This document shows, piece by piece, positions 37,724-48,400 of a stretch of 64,000 nucleotides of DNA. The stretch covers positions 1 to 64,000 of the IMG/VR virus record IMGVR_UViG_3300032223_003493; one strand, given 5' to 3'. The notes under the pieces were generated by a model that did no database searches, had not been told where the DNA came from, and was given only the letters and a program-made list of their open reading frames with translations. This stretch comes from a virus. The translations under genes were made by a program, and so were the position numbers. The stretch's first letter is position 1. Every line of letters begins with the position of its first letter.

Positions 37724-38403
37724 TATACTACTCCTGTGTTTGGCTTTAAATATTTCGGTGTGTAATCAACACCCTCGTCACCTTGTACTAATCCCATTTC
37801 TTGTGCCGTTTTTCTTTGCATCAAGGTAAAAACATTTGTATTTTCAAGATCATTAGCTGAAGTAGCTCCTGAACTTAAGAATCTTGGAAAATCTATATCA
37901 ATATCTCTGTAAGCTCCTGATTTAGCATTAAATATCTCAACTCCATCAGGGGCATATTTACTTCCCTGCAGTCTATTTAATGTGGCTCCAAGTTTTGAGT
38001 TAACATTGGTAGCTAAAACAAATCCATTGTTATCATGAACAAAGCCGCAAGCTTTGTCAATTGAAAGATTTTTTGGTACTGGCTTAAGTAAATTGTAAAC
38101 ATACAATTCTTCTTTACCAGTGCAAATGTAAGTTTGGCCAGGTATGACAACTATGTCCATTTGTTGTTCCTGAGCCATTTGCTTTGCTCTCAATCCAACA
38201 TTTGGCGTGTCAGGAGATAAAATTCCAATTACATCCAAGCCATTAATTATAGCTGCTGTAAGTATTGACTTTATTGTTGAGTTTAAGTAATCTTCGTTGG
38301 AAAATGCTTCTTCTTTGTCAATAAATACGCACAAATCAACTCTTAAGACATTTTTTCTAAGGGCTGTGCATTCTTTTGCTATGTGATACCAAGAGCGTTC
38401 CAT
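37723..38403 (-). CDS. PHP-fold protein with degenerate metal ligands
   Basis: RVDL..., GLDVIGI, VIPG, GFVLA, DGVEIFNA follow PHP topology, but the HxH, TDH, HP and DAH residues are replaced. Confidence 0.65.
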   Translation of the reverse strand: MERSWYHIAKECTALRKNVLRVDLCVFIDKEEAFSNEDYLNSTIKSILTAAIINGLDVIGILSPDTPNVGLRAKQMAQEQQMDIVVIPGQTYICTGKEELYVYNLLKPVPKNLSIDKACGFVHDNNGFVLATNVNSKLGATLNRLQGSKYAPDGVEIFNAKSGAYRDIDIDFPRFLSSGATSANDLENTNVFTLMQRKTAQEMGLVQGDEGVDYTPKYLKPNTGVV

Positions 38404-38437
38404 AATAAAGAAAATACTAGGTATCCAGCTTGTTTAC

Positions 38438-38974
38438 CTATCTTTTGTTTCCGCAGTCAGGACAGAACTTTTCCATTGTAAGAAATTTAAAGCCACATTC
38501 CACACAGAATTTTGCTAATTGAGCAGTGCCACATTTTAAACAAAATTTAGCATCAAGTGGCAAAGCATATAAGCACTCAGAATTAGAACATTCTTTGTAG
38601 TGCTTTTCAACTTGCTTTCGTACAGTGGTTCCATCCATCTCATCAAGCTCGGAAATCAAATCTGCGATATTCACCGTACTAGGGGTAATTGCTGCTTGAT
38701 GTTCTGTTTCTTGTTCTACTTCAGGTTCAGTTGGCTTCAATATAGGCTGTTTTTCTGCCCATTTTTGAAATTCTGGGCTATCAAAAAGACTTTGCTTTGG
38801 TTCTGCACTAACGTCCCCAAATTCATTGATTTTTAGGTCAATTTCACGATCAGGTAATTCCATCTCGTCCCCAAGCACTGTATGTCCAAATTTATTAACT
38901 TTTGGCTTGGGGAGATCTTCACGATGGGGATTGGTGAAAGAGTGTCTTAAAGCTTTGATCTGATCGTCGTTCAT
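38438..38974 (-). CDS. Double zinc ribbon protein
   Basis: C-terminal CSNSEC...FCLKCG...FCVECG...FCPDCG. Confidence 0.8.
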   Translation of the reverse strand: MNDDQIKALRHSFTNPHREDLPKPKVNKFGHTVLGDEMELPDREIDLKINEFGDVSAEPKQSLFDSPEFQKWAEKQPILKPTEPEVEQETEHQAAITPSTVNIADLISELDEMDGTTVRKQVEKHYKECSNSECLYALPLDAKFCLKCGTAQLAKFCVECGFKFLTMEKFCPDCGNKR

Positions 38975-38990
38975 AAACTAATTTTACAGT

Positions 38991-39407
38991 TTATTGCTTC
39001 TTTTTGTCATCTCTTCTTTCGTATTTGAAGCTGACTACCTCAAATGAATTAGCTTCAGAATCATCTCCTGCAGCATATTCCTTGGCAGTATCTGAGTGAT
39101 TTTCAATTGCTTGTAAGATCTTGCTCATCAATTGTGTGTCTGGAATAGGTCCGTTGTGCTTTGCCTTAATTTCAACTGCAAAACTGTGTACTGTTCCATC
39201 ATCACCAACAACACTGACACTCGATTGTGGTTTGGCAAATGATTCGATTTTAGGGTGCATTCCAGTATCAATGGTTGAATCCTCTGTTTCCATTGGTTCA
39301 GTAGCTCCCATATCGTAAACTGCATCATTGATTTTGCTACCCAATTCTGGATTTACCTGTGCTACTCTAGTCTTTATGTCGTCCAAAACTCTTATCACTC
39401 TGTTCAT
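38991..39407 (-). CDS. Hypothetical protein
   Basis: 138-aa ORF with purine-rich SD-like leader (GAAGGAAG). Confidence 0.65.
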   Translation of the reverse strand: MNRVIRVLDDIKTRVAQVNPELGSKINDAVYDMGATEPMETEDSTIDTGMHPKIESFAKPQSSVSVVGDDGTVHSFAVEIKAKHNGPIPDTQLMSKILQAIENHSDTAKEYAAGDDSEANSFEVVSFKYERRDDKKKQ

Positions 39408-39558
39408 TTTTTCTTCCTTCTAGTTTTCTCTTTTTTTACACCCATTAATAATGGGAATTAACATTTAATATTAAAATGATTATTAACGTTAATCTTTAAA
39501 AGAAAATTGTTTTTTAAAATATTAAAATTAAATTGTTGCTACAATATGCAAAAACAAT

Positions 39559-40668
39559 TTACCCTCCAGTACCAATATTCCAGATATATCTGAAAAATCT
39601 ACTTCTTCCTCCAGGCATATTAAACTCTGGTACAACAACTGATTTGATTCCAGGGTAGAAAGCAATAGGTAATTTTTCTAACATCTTTTCAAATTCTTCT
39701 TTGTACATTGTAGCTGATTGTCTTAAATCATCAGTAATTCTTGCATCAGGATCTTCTATAAGTAATCTTCGTTGTCTGTTTGTCAAGCTTGTTAGTAAAC
39801 TTCTTAAGATGTAATATGCTGCTCCGTACACTAATGCTGGATCATAGAAGTAAGGAGCATCACTGACTTTTTGATATTTTCTAGAACCTGGTTGAGAATT
39901 TATTGTTTGTAATGCCATATATAAGCTACTGTTCATATGATCATTTGTAATCATTTTTATGCTGTAGGAAACAAGAACATTATCATAGCTTTGAATTTCA
40001 ACAGGATTACCATTTGAATCAATAAAATATATGTTTCCCATAAAATCATACTTAACCAAAAGACCATTTGGGTAGTTATGTCCTCCAGAATATTGAGATT
40101 CATAACCATCTCTGTTTTTTATTATTGGGTCATAAGTAGTATTAATTGTTGAATAAATTGGAACTGTCTCCGACAATTGAATCAATGGATCTCTATCGCC
40201 TTGATTTGAAGGTCCACTTATTCTGACTTCTGGTTTTGGTACAGAATTCCAAAATGGAAATGCTACTGACCCAACACTTCTATTTCTTCTGAAAATTACT
40301 TCTTCGTCGTAGATAGGAATGTTCAAAAGATGCTCTAATTCGTACCTTAAACTACTTTTTACGAGTAATTCATCTCCTAGCATTGGTGAGGAAGTATTTA
40401 GTACATTTCCGCTTGAATCTACCTCTTGAATTCTGTAATAGTCTGAAGGGGATCCGTTAGTGTCTACACCTTCATTTGTTGGGAATGGTACTGTTGCTAT
40501 TGTTGTGTAAGTACCTTCAAAATTGGAACTTTTTTGAATTTTGTAAAAGGCAACATTTTGTGCACCACTTCTTTCCCATTCAATAAAAATTCCTGGGTTT
40601 GATGGTTGTGAATTGTAATAAACTAATGTACTGTTGCTAAATGATTGAGCTGAAAAATCTTGTGCCAT
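39559..40668 (-). CDS. Putative head-tail adaptor/neck protein
   Basis: N-terminal Ig/Fn3-like segment, C-terminal helical adaptor-like region (LVYGAAYY...). GGAG SD before ATG 40668. Confidence 0.5.
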   Translation of the reverse strand: MAQDFSAQSFSNSTLVYYNSQPSNPGIFIEWERSGAQNVAFYKIQKSSNFEGTYTTIATVPFPTNEGVDTNGSPSDYYRIQEVDSSGNVLNTSSPMLGDELLVKSSLRYELEHLLNIPIYDEEVIFRRNRSVGSVAFPFWNSVPKPEVRISGPSNQGDRDPLIQLSETVPIYSTINTTYDPIIKNRDGYESQYSGGHNYPNGLLVKYDFMGNIYFIDSNGNPVEIQSYDNVLVSYSIKMITNDHMNSSLYMALQTINSQPGSRKYQKVSDAPYFYDPALVYGAAYYILRSLLTSLTNRQRRLLIEDPDARITDDLRQSATMYKEEFEKMLEKLPIAFYPGIKSVVVPEFNMPGGRSRFFRYIWNIGTGG

Positions 40669-40677
40669 ATTTACTCC

Positions 40678-40714
40678 AAAAAAATAAAGGCCACCCAACT
40701 GGATAGCCTTTATT
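40678..40714 (-). terminator. Rho-independent terminator
   Basis: Minus strand AATAAAGGCTATCCA-GT-TGGGTGGCCTTTATT followed by a T-run; stem has G-U pairs; lies after gene 40733-41518. Confidence 0.8.
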
Positions 40715-40732
40715 CAGTCTAGATTAAATTTT

Positions 40733-41518
40733 CTAAACTCTTCTGATTGAGCCCTCTTCTGCGTCGCCCATATCTGCTTCTAAATCAATAGCATCAGCAA
40801 TTGCATCATAGCCATCGTCGCCAGTATCGTTATAATCAAAATCAGCTCCAGCAACTCTTCTATCACGATTGTAGTTAGTCATCTGTACTTCACGAACACT
40901 TGATCCTCTAACTGCATCATTAGGAGGCTCAGCTACAAAAGCTCTTCCTTTTGTTTCTACTCCAGAGACAGAACTATTTGCATCTAGATTTTTTTGCTGA
41001 GCTAAAAGTTGGTTAATAATCCCTGGATTTCTTTGAACTCTTTCTGCAAATTGCTCTACTGATAAATCTTCTCCTTGAAGTTCAGCTTGTGTTTGCGCAA
41101 TATCTAAAGCCATTGCGTAAGAAAGGGAATCATTAGCATAGCCAGCAGTAGTAACATTATTATCTTTGTTTGAATAAGCTTTTTCTGCATCAATACTTTC
41201 TGCTTCAATTGTTTTGCCATCGACATCAACAGTTCTGAGATTATTGTTATTTTGCTGCTTAAGGAGTTCTTTCTTTCCCTTAATAGCTGCCTTTTCTTCA
41301 ATATTGTCAAATTGTTCTGGAGTTATTTTTCTCAAAAGTCCTAGTCGCAATGAATTTCTAAGGTCTTTAGAAGCCTTGACAACTTTAGGATCTTCCCAAG
41401 TAAGATCGATGGCTTGTAGAGGACCAAAGTTCAATCTAATATCACTTACATAATGAGGGCCAAGAGTTACATTTTGCACAATAAATGATTCTGGCTCTTG
41501 ATTTACACTTTCATTCAT
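40733..41518 (-). CDS. Hypothetical protein (acidic C-terminus)
   Basis: 261-aa ORF with AAGGA SD and its own terminator. Confidence 0.7.
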   Translation of the reverse strand: MNESVNQEPESFIVQNVTLGPHYVSDIRLNFGPLQAIDLTWEDPKVVKASKDLRNSLRLGLLRKITPEQFDNIEEKAAIKGKKELLKQQNNNNLRTVDVDGKTIEAESIDAEKAYSNKDNNVTTAGYANDSLSYAMALDIAQTQAELQGEDLSVEQFAERVQRNPGIINQLLAQQKNLDANSSVSGVETKGRAFVAEPPNDAVRGSSVREVQMTNYNRDRRVAGADFDYNDTGDDGYDAIADAIDLEADMGDAEEGSIRRV

Positions 41519-41521
41519 ATT

Positions 41522-41866
41522 TTAATCCTTTTTATTTACAGGTAAAGATGTTATACCGTCCAACCCTTCTTTTCCGGTCCAATACTCATTTGATTTAGCC
41601 TCTCTAGAAGTTGGGTCATAAGAGTTTTTTCTAACTGACTTTTGGTCTTTAACAAATTCTGTCATTTGTTTTCGTTTCACAGTGGTTCCGAATTGTTTTT
41701 CTTTTGCTGTCAAACCCTCTTGAACAGTAAAGCTATTAAAAATTCTTTTTGCTTCTCCAACTCCACAAGGGCAAGGAATTGTAGGATTGTATTCACTAAA
41801 AGAAAGAGATATTGTGAATGTTTTAGGTTCATTTGAGCATTCACATAAGTATTCGTATCTAGGCAT
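41522..41866 (-). CDS. FmdB-family zinc ribbon protein
   Basis: MPRYEYLCEC...CPCG...KRIF. Confidence 0.8.
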   Translation of the reverse strand: MPRYEYLCECSNEPKTFTISLSFSEYNPTIPCPCGVGEAKRIFNSFTVQEGLTAKEKQFGTTVKRKQMTEFVKDQKSVRKNSYDPTSREAKSNEYWTGKEGLDGITSLPVNKKD

Positions 41867-41943
41867 GTTTTGTTATTTGAAGTTAGAGATATACAGGTAT
41901 TTGTACAATATCTTTCGAAATCTTATATAAGGAGTACTCAAAA

Positions 41944-42120
41944 ATGAGTTCAGAAATTACAGACGCAGGAACAACCCATCATATGTATTGTGTTAAGTGC
42001 AGAACTATGGTAATGGTTTCAGCTCCTAAAAAAATTGTTATGAAGAGCAGTAGACACGCACTTCAAGGCAAATGCCCTCACTGTTCTACATCTACTTTTA
42101 AAATTACAAAAGCAGAATAA
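41944..42120 (+). CDS. DUF5679-like small zinc-ribbon protein (not in supplied ORF track)
   Basis: Translated by hand: MSSEITDAGTTHHMYCVKCRTMVMVSAPKKIVMKSSRHALQGKCPHCSTSTFKITKAE (58 aa). TAAGGAG SD at 41928-41934. Confidence 0.85.
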   Translation: MSSEITDAGTTHHMYCVKCRTMVMVSAPKKIVMKSSRHALQGKCPHCSTSTFKITKAE

Positions 42121-42125
42121 TTCCT

Positions 42126-44819
42126 ATGAAATTTGTATTCAATGATAGTTTGACAGCATCGATATCAGTTAGTGATCAAAATCTAACTGATATTCGTTTT
42201 GTACCTAGTGGCATCATTTTAGAGAAAAAGATTGTCACTTCAGCAACTCTCAATAATCTTGACGAGTTGTTTGAAGCAATAAAGGGTTTCAAAACAGAAA
42301 AGGATGTGTTAAATTTTATTAAAACTAGCACTGATGCTCAAAATATCTTGAAAAACCCAGAAGATTTATTTAAATTTTCCAAAAAATTGCATTCAATGTT
42401 TGGTAGTAGCAGTTCTGGAGGTTCTTCCTTATCAGATCCTGTTGCAATAGCTAATCAAATGATAGGCGCTTCAGCTGATGAAGCAGGAGAACCAGCATCT
42501 CGTTTTGCTCCTTATTTATCTTCAAAAGATCAAATTATTGCAAGACTTAAGCCATTTATGTCAGATAAACAAATTGGTGATCTTTTTTACAAATTTGAAG
42601 AAGTAGTAAAACTTCCATTTACAGAAATTATTGGCATCTTAGAATATTGTATTCAGCAATCTAGATCTTGTAATGCCAAAGTAAAAGATTTAATTGATTT
42701 TTATATTGACCATTACTCACAAAAACGCCAAGGTGCAAATACAAAAAGAATTATTGAAACTGCTTGTCAGTATCAAAAATTAAATCCTACAGTTGATATA
42801 TTTTCTGTTTTAAGAGATGCTGTTCACGGAAATCAACCAAAAGTTGGTTTGGGATACTTATCAAAAGACCCTGATGCTCAATTAGTTTTTGATAACTTAA
42901 TTATGTTATCGCAAGCTAGTTTGCCTGAACAAGATGAAGAAATCAGAAGAAGATTCCAAGCAAGTAGAGACGCTTTGCAAAACCAAGAACAAAAAATCAA
43001 TATGCAAAGAGCTATTTACGACATGATGAAAACTGAAGAAAGAAATCTTCAGCTTGCAAAAATGATCAAAGGCCTTGGTTCTACATTCGAGTTTTTACTC
43101 ACCCAGCCAATGTATAGAGCATTGAAAGATATGTACTATAATTTGAGTGCTGGAAGAATATTGATGAATCAAACTGCAAGTATTTTTGGCGGTGATACAT
43201 CTCCAGAAAATAGAAGAGTCAAGCCTAGCGAACAACAAGCTGAGAATGAAAATACTTTTCCTCAAATTCCAGAAAATAAACAACCATTTTCAAATAGTCA
43301 ATACAATTTTCTTAAGTTGGCTAGCCCAGAAGTTTCTAAACATATATATGCTCAAACTGCTCCCACTACTACACCAGAACAGAAGAAAGAAGCTGAAAAT
43401 GGCTTAACTAGAATTTGGCAATCTGTAAGAGAAACAGCAAATAAAGTCATACAAACAATAAAAGAAAAATTGTCACAAACTGGGCAAGTTATAGATAATG
43501 CTTGGCAAAATATTATTGGAAGAATTGCAAACTTTTTCAAGGCGCTTGAAAATGCTGTCAAAAGCTTACTTAATCAAATTGCTTCAAATACAATAACTTT
43601 TGAAAGTGTTGCAAAAGCTTTTAGTGGAGTACTTGAGTTACTCCAAGGCGGAACTGGATTTGAACAAAGTTCTACTAAAATTGCATCAGTTGATATAAAT
43701 AGAACTTCTCAAAGAGCCCCTCAACAAGGCACTACATACCCTGGTGGAAATAAAGCCAATCAAATTGCCCTTAATACTATTGGATTACTATCACAAATAG
43801 GTGGTTTTATTATTGGTGCAATTGGAATTGAAAGAGGAGTGGCAGTTGCTATAGGCGAAAGAAATTGGCCAGCTATTGTAAATGCTATATTGCCTGTAAT
43901 GTCAATTTTTATTTCCAATTTACAAGAATTTTTATTACAAACTAACGCAATTGGTAAAAATGCTCCTCAAAGTTCAATGTTCTTTGACCCAAAAACTGGC
44001 AAAATGACTCAACAAGGTTTGCAAATTATGGCAAACAATCAAGAGACTATGATTTCTCTAGGAATAGCAGATGAAGATGCTATGGCCTTAAGTAAATTTA
44101 GAATTCAAAAGCAAGAACTCATGTCTCAATTATCAAAAAAAGAAAGTAGCCTAGAACTTTCAGAATCACAAACAATTCAAACTGGTGGTGGCAATAAAGA
44201 AACTACTGTTGGAGACTTGCCTGCTGATTTTCAAGTCAAGCTTAAAGATTTTCTAGATTTTTGTGAAAAAGTTGAATTACAATTTAAAGCAGCTCTAAAT
44301 ATATTTAGAAATGCAATTAATAATAATCAACAAAATTATAATGATGTTCAAAAAACTCAAGCGCAAGGATTGTTAGCTGAGTTTGAAAAGGATTTGAAAG
44401 AAGTTCAAGCAAAAAAATCAGAATGGTCTAGTATGAAAAATATTGCAGGTCATATGATGCGAAAAAGAATTTTATTGCAAAAATTAAAACCATTGCAAAC
44501 TCAATTAGACACATTGAAAAAATTGGGTATTCCAATGTCTAATATCATAGCTTCACCAAATGGAATTTTATCTCAAGTTGGTAGAATTAGAAGCGAAGAA
44601 CAACAAGCATTAGATAAATTGAGAAAAGAATATCACGAAAAAATGCAACTTTTGAAGAATCCAGACATAATTGCTCCAATGATGCAATATCCAACTGATA
44701 CCGGAATGACTAAATTACCTGAGAGTAAAGATCAATCAAATACAAATAAATCTCCTTTTGATGCACCTAAAGATTCACAATTCAAGATAAAAGAAGAAGA
44801 CAATACTGGAGTTGAATAA
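42126..44819 (+). CDS. Large helical/coiled-coil protein with hydrophobic segment (tape-measure or ejection-protein candidate)
   Basis: 897 aa, Q/K/E-rich heptads, hydrophobic IGLLSQIGGFIIGAIG...AIVNAILPVMSIFI. Confidence 0.45.
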   Translation: MKFVFNDSLTASISVSDQNLTDIRFVPSGIILEKKIVTSATLNNLDELFEAIKGFKTEKDVLNFIKTSTDAQNILKNPEDLFKFSKKLHSMFGSSSSGGSSLSDPVAIANQMIGASADEAGEPASRFAPYLSSKDQIIARLKPFMSDKQIGDLFYKFEEVVKLPFTEIIGILEYCIQQSRSCNAKVKDLIDFYIDHYSQKRQGANTKRIIETACQYQKLNPTVDIFSVLRDAVHGNQPKVGLGYLSKDPDAQLVFDNLIMLSQASLPEQDEEIRRRFQASRDALQNQEQKINMQRAIYDMMKTEERNLQLAKMIKGLGSTFEFLLTQPMYRALKDMYYNLSAGRILMNQTASIFGGDTSPENRRVKPSEQQAENENTFPQIPENKQPFSNSQYNFLKLASPEVSKHIYAQTAPTTTPEQKKEAENGLTRIWQSVRETANKVIQTIKEKLSQTGQVIDNAWQNIIGRIANFFKALENAVKSLLNQIASNTITFESVAKAFSGVLELLQGGTGFEQSSTKIASVDINRTSQRAPQQGTTYPGGNKANQIALNTIGLLSQIGGFIIGAIGIERGVAVAIGERNWPAIVNAILPVMSIFISNLQEFLLQTNAIGKNAPQSSMFFDPKTGKMTQQGLQIMANNQETMISLGIADEDAMALSKFRIQKQELMSQLSKKESSLELSESQTIQTGGGNKETTVGDLPADFQVKLKDFLDFCEKVELQFKAALNIFRNAINNNQQNYNDVQKTQAQGLLAEFEKDLKEVQAKKSEWSSMKNIAGHMMRKRILLQKLKPLQTQLDTLKKLGIPMSNIIASPNGILSQVGRIRSEEQQALDKLRKEYHEKMQLLKNPDIIAPMMQYPTDTGMTKLPESKDQSNTNKSPFDAPKDSQFKIKEEDNTGVE

Positions 44820-45463
44820 TGTTTAGAAAAATTTATGCTCAAATTGATGAATATATAACAACTTTGTCTAAATCTGATTTTGACAAAAATGAATCAAAGA
44901 TTGATCAAGAAATTAAAAATATTGAAAAAAAAATTCCTACAGACCAACAAATTTTAGTAAATGTTAATTTCAATAATAAAAAACAATCTCTTGAAGATTA
45001 TTTGAAATTATTAAAGCAACAAAAAGCTGATTTGGAAGAAAAGAAAAAAGTTGGTCAGATGTATGATTCTTCTTTATTTCAAGGCATTGGAAGTAAAAAT
45101 GTTGATGTTTCTACTGAAGAAGGCCGTGAAAGCTTGAAAAGAGATATAGCAGCTCTTGAAAAACAGATACAAGTTAGAGAACAAACATTAGCAGAAATAG
45201 ACAATTATGTAGTTACTTTGCTTACTGGAGAAATGGGACAATTGAATATCGCACACACTAATTCAAAATTTGTAAAGATTGCTGATAAACCATCAGAAGA
45301 AGAAGTTTTAGAGCCTGTTCAAGAATACTTTGATAAACTTTATGATGATACTCCAGGTAGCCCAAACTACGGTAAGCTCATGACTCATCCTGAAAAGCAT
45401 AGAAATGAACTTTCCACAGAAGCGCAAACACAAACCTCAAAACCAAAGTTCAAAAAGAAATAA
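44819..45463 (+). CDS. Hypothetical coiled-coil protein
   Basis: 214 aa, TAATG coupling to the upstream gene. Confidence 0.65.
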   Translation: MFRKIYAQIDEYITTLSKSDFDKNESKIDQEIKNIEKKIPTDQQILVNVNFNNKKQSLEDYLKLLKQQKADLEEKKKVGQMYDSSLFQGIGSKNVDVSTEEGRESLKRDIAALEKQIQVREQTLAEIDNYVVTLLTGEMGQLNIAHTNSKFVKIADKPSEEEVLEPVQEYFDKLYDDTPGSPNYGKLMTHPEKHRNELSTEAQTQTSKPKFKKK

Positions 45464-45482
45464 TATCTTTTACAATTAATTT

Positions 45483-48400
45483 ATGTCAGATATTGATTTT
45501 ATCGAATATGATAAAATTTCAATTAAGTCAGACGCTTTTATTTCGTCTGATGAATTAAATTGTTATTTTCAATATATACCTTCTACTAAAGCAATTTCTT
45601 ATAATATTAAGAAAGAATTGCATACTGCTGGCACGACTGAAGATCCCAACGACTATAAAGTTCCTGATGTTTCTCAAAAAATTCTTCCAAGAAAACTTTA
45701 TAGAATAAATCCTTTTCACACAAATTATTCTGAAAATTTAGAACTTAATAAAATAAACACTGACCCTGATATTATTTATCCAACTAAAATAAAAGAACAC
45801 AGAGAAAAGATTATAGATTACAGTGCTTTTGGTTTAAATTCAGATCAAATTGAATTTATGATGGCATTACAAAATCTAAGATCCTTGAAAACTGATGAGT
45901 CAATTAAGAAGCTAGATATAGAACAATTTGAAGCTGTAGATGAAAAAGTTATGAATGGCTTTTTTCAAATTTATCCAAGATTTATGGAGATGATGTCTAC
46001 AGGAATTTCAAGTGGTTTTAATCAGTTCTATGAAGATACAGAAACTACTGAATCTATTCATGAAAATGAAGCTTTGATCAATGATAGTTTAAAAAAATTA
46101 GGCCTGAATCCAAGTGAAGTCAGAGTAAAAAAAAAATTTGAAGTAAGATCTGGCAATGCTAATAAAAATGAAGTGAATTCATATCTTCAGGATATTTCAT
46201 TATCAAACAATACTTCTAATAACACAAGATCTATCAACAACAATTCTATCACTAATGTAAATCAATTAAATTTACAAAATAATAATAAAATAGAATTACA
46301 AGTTCGTTCTTCCAAAACTGTCAACAATATTAGAACAGCAAATAATACTGATTTTAATTTCATCAGTAATAATAACAAAACAATAAATCAACAAATAAAT
46401 AATGTAAGCAAATTTTCTGAAGCTACTAAAATTGATTTTGAAAATTTATATAAATCTTTTCTGAAGGACTTGAATATAGCGCCAAATGTTGAAAATCAAT
46501 TCTTCAAAATAGTCAATCAATATAGTAAAAACCTAAGTATTGAGTTTAATAGAATTTTAAATCATTCTGAAAAAACAGTTTATGAAACAAATTTAAAAAA
46601 CTTATCAACATCATATAATTTCTATAGACACATTGAAAATAGATATAGAGAATTTATTCAAAACTTAAATTTCTTCAATGAAACAGTTCAACAAATTAAG
46701 CAAACTGAAGTCAATCTCAAGAATACTTATCAAAATATTCATAGACACAGTGTTACTCATAAAAACAATCATTATAAGAACATTGTCAATCTTACAAAAA
46801 ATGTCAATTATGAATATACTGCCAATGATTATGAATTCCAATATGCTGTTCTTAAAACTATTAAAAACAGTAATCAGTATGTTGAAAATAAAATCACAAA
46901 GATTAAAAATGACCTCAATGTAGCTCAACAAAATATTTCTTTTGTTCATCATAGAATGGTTCACATTCAAGAAAAAACAAGTAATTTTGTGGCAAAAGAG
47001 ATAAAGAATGTTCTCAATAATACAGATTATATTGATGAATATTCAAACATCATTGTCAATAAAATAAGCAATATATCAAACAATCAAACAGTTAGGGCAT
47101 TATTATCATTAGTTACTAACGAAGAGCAACTCAATAGTATTTACACAGTGTTGAGGCAAAGCAATATCAACACTTCTAATATCAAGAATTTAGTAGATGT
47201 TATAAATTATTCTAAAAATAATAATTTGGAAATTACAAAAGTTTCAAGCGCCACAATAGAAAATATCAAGAACTTAGTAAATCTTTCCAAAAATATTGTT
47301 GATTTTAACAACACTGAAAACAAGATAATTCATAATGTTGATAAAAATATTGTTAATAAATTGTCCTCAATAAATGTTAATGAATTCAAATCTTTTGTAA
47401 ATCTTTCAGAATCTAAATCTTTTGTAAATTTTGCCAAAAGCATAAGTAGCATAACCAATCAAGATGTTAATAATTTATTATCATTATCTGCTAATACTAA
47501 CAATATAAAAAATCTTTATTCTTTGTCAAAACACAGCGCAATAGATCTTAATAATATTGAAAATTTATATAAAATAATAAACTTTTCAAAAAATAATAAT
47601 TTCGATATTACAAGAGTTAGTGGATCAACAATAGAGAATATAAATAATTTAGTAAATCTGACAAACAATCAGTTAGTATCAAAGGTTGATCAAAATATTA
47701 TTAATAAAATGTCTTCATCTAATTTCAATGAAGAATTTAAGTCTTTTGTCAATTTATCAGAATCAAAATCTTTCACCAGAATTGCGCAGAGTTATAAGAA
47801 CATTTCAAATATTTTTGAAAATCTGAATACAATTTCTGTTAGCCCTAAATTATCTACAATTTATTTGGATCAGAAAAAGGTAGAAAATCTTAGTGTTATT
47901 CAAAATTTAAGAAATGTTCAGCAAATTAAAGAGTTGTCTCAAATTGTAAATCAATCCAGTACATCTTACATTTTAGAAAAATTATCCAATTTTAATACTG
48001 AAAATATTACAGAAAAAATTAATTTACTTAAGAATATTAATATAACTCAAGATGTCAAGAAAACTGAAAATGTTGTTAGAAAAATAACTAGACTTGCTAG
48101 ATATAACAATGTCAATCAAATTACAGAAAATCTTGATGAAATAACAAATATAGACAAGAATATCAGCACCACTCAATTCAAAACTGAAATACAAAATTTA
48201 AAAAATCTTATCAATATAACTAAAAATGTAGATCAAGTTAATGTAGATAACATTAGTAAAATTGATGTATCCAAGTTAAATAATATAAAAGTTTCACAGT
48301 TCAATTTATTGTTAGATAACATCACTCAACTATCTAAGATAAGTCAGGTAAGAAATCTGACCGAAGAACACTTGGGTGTAATTAAGAAAATTAGTCAAAT

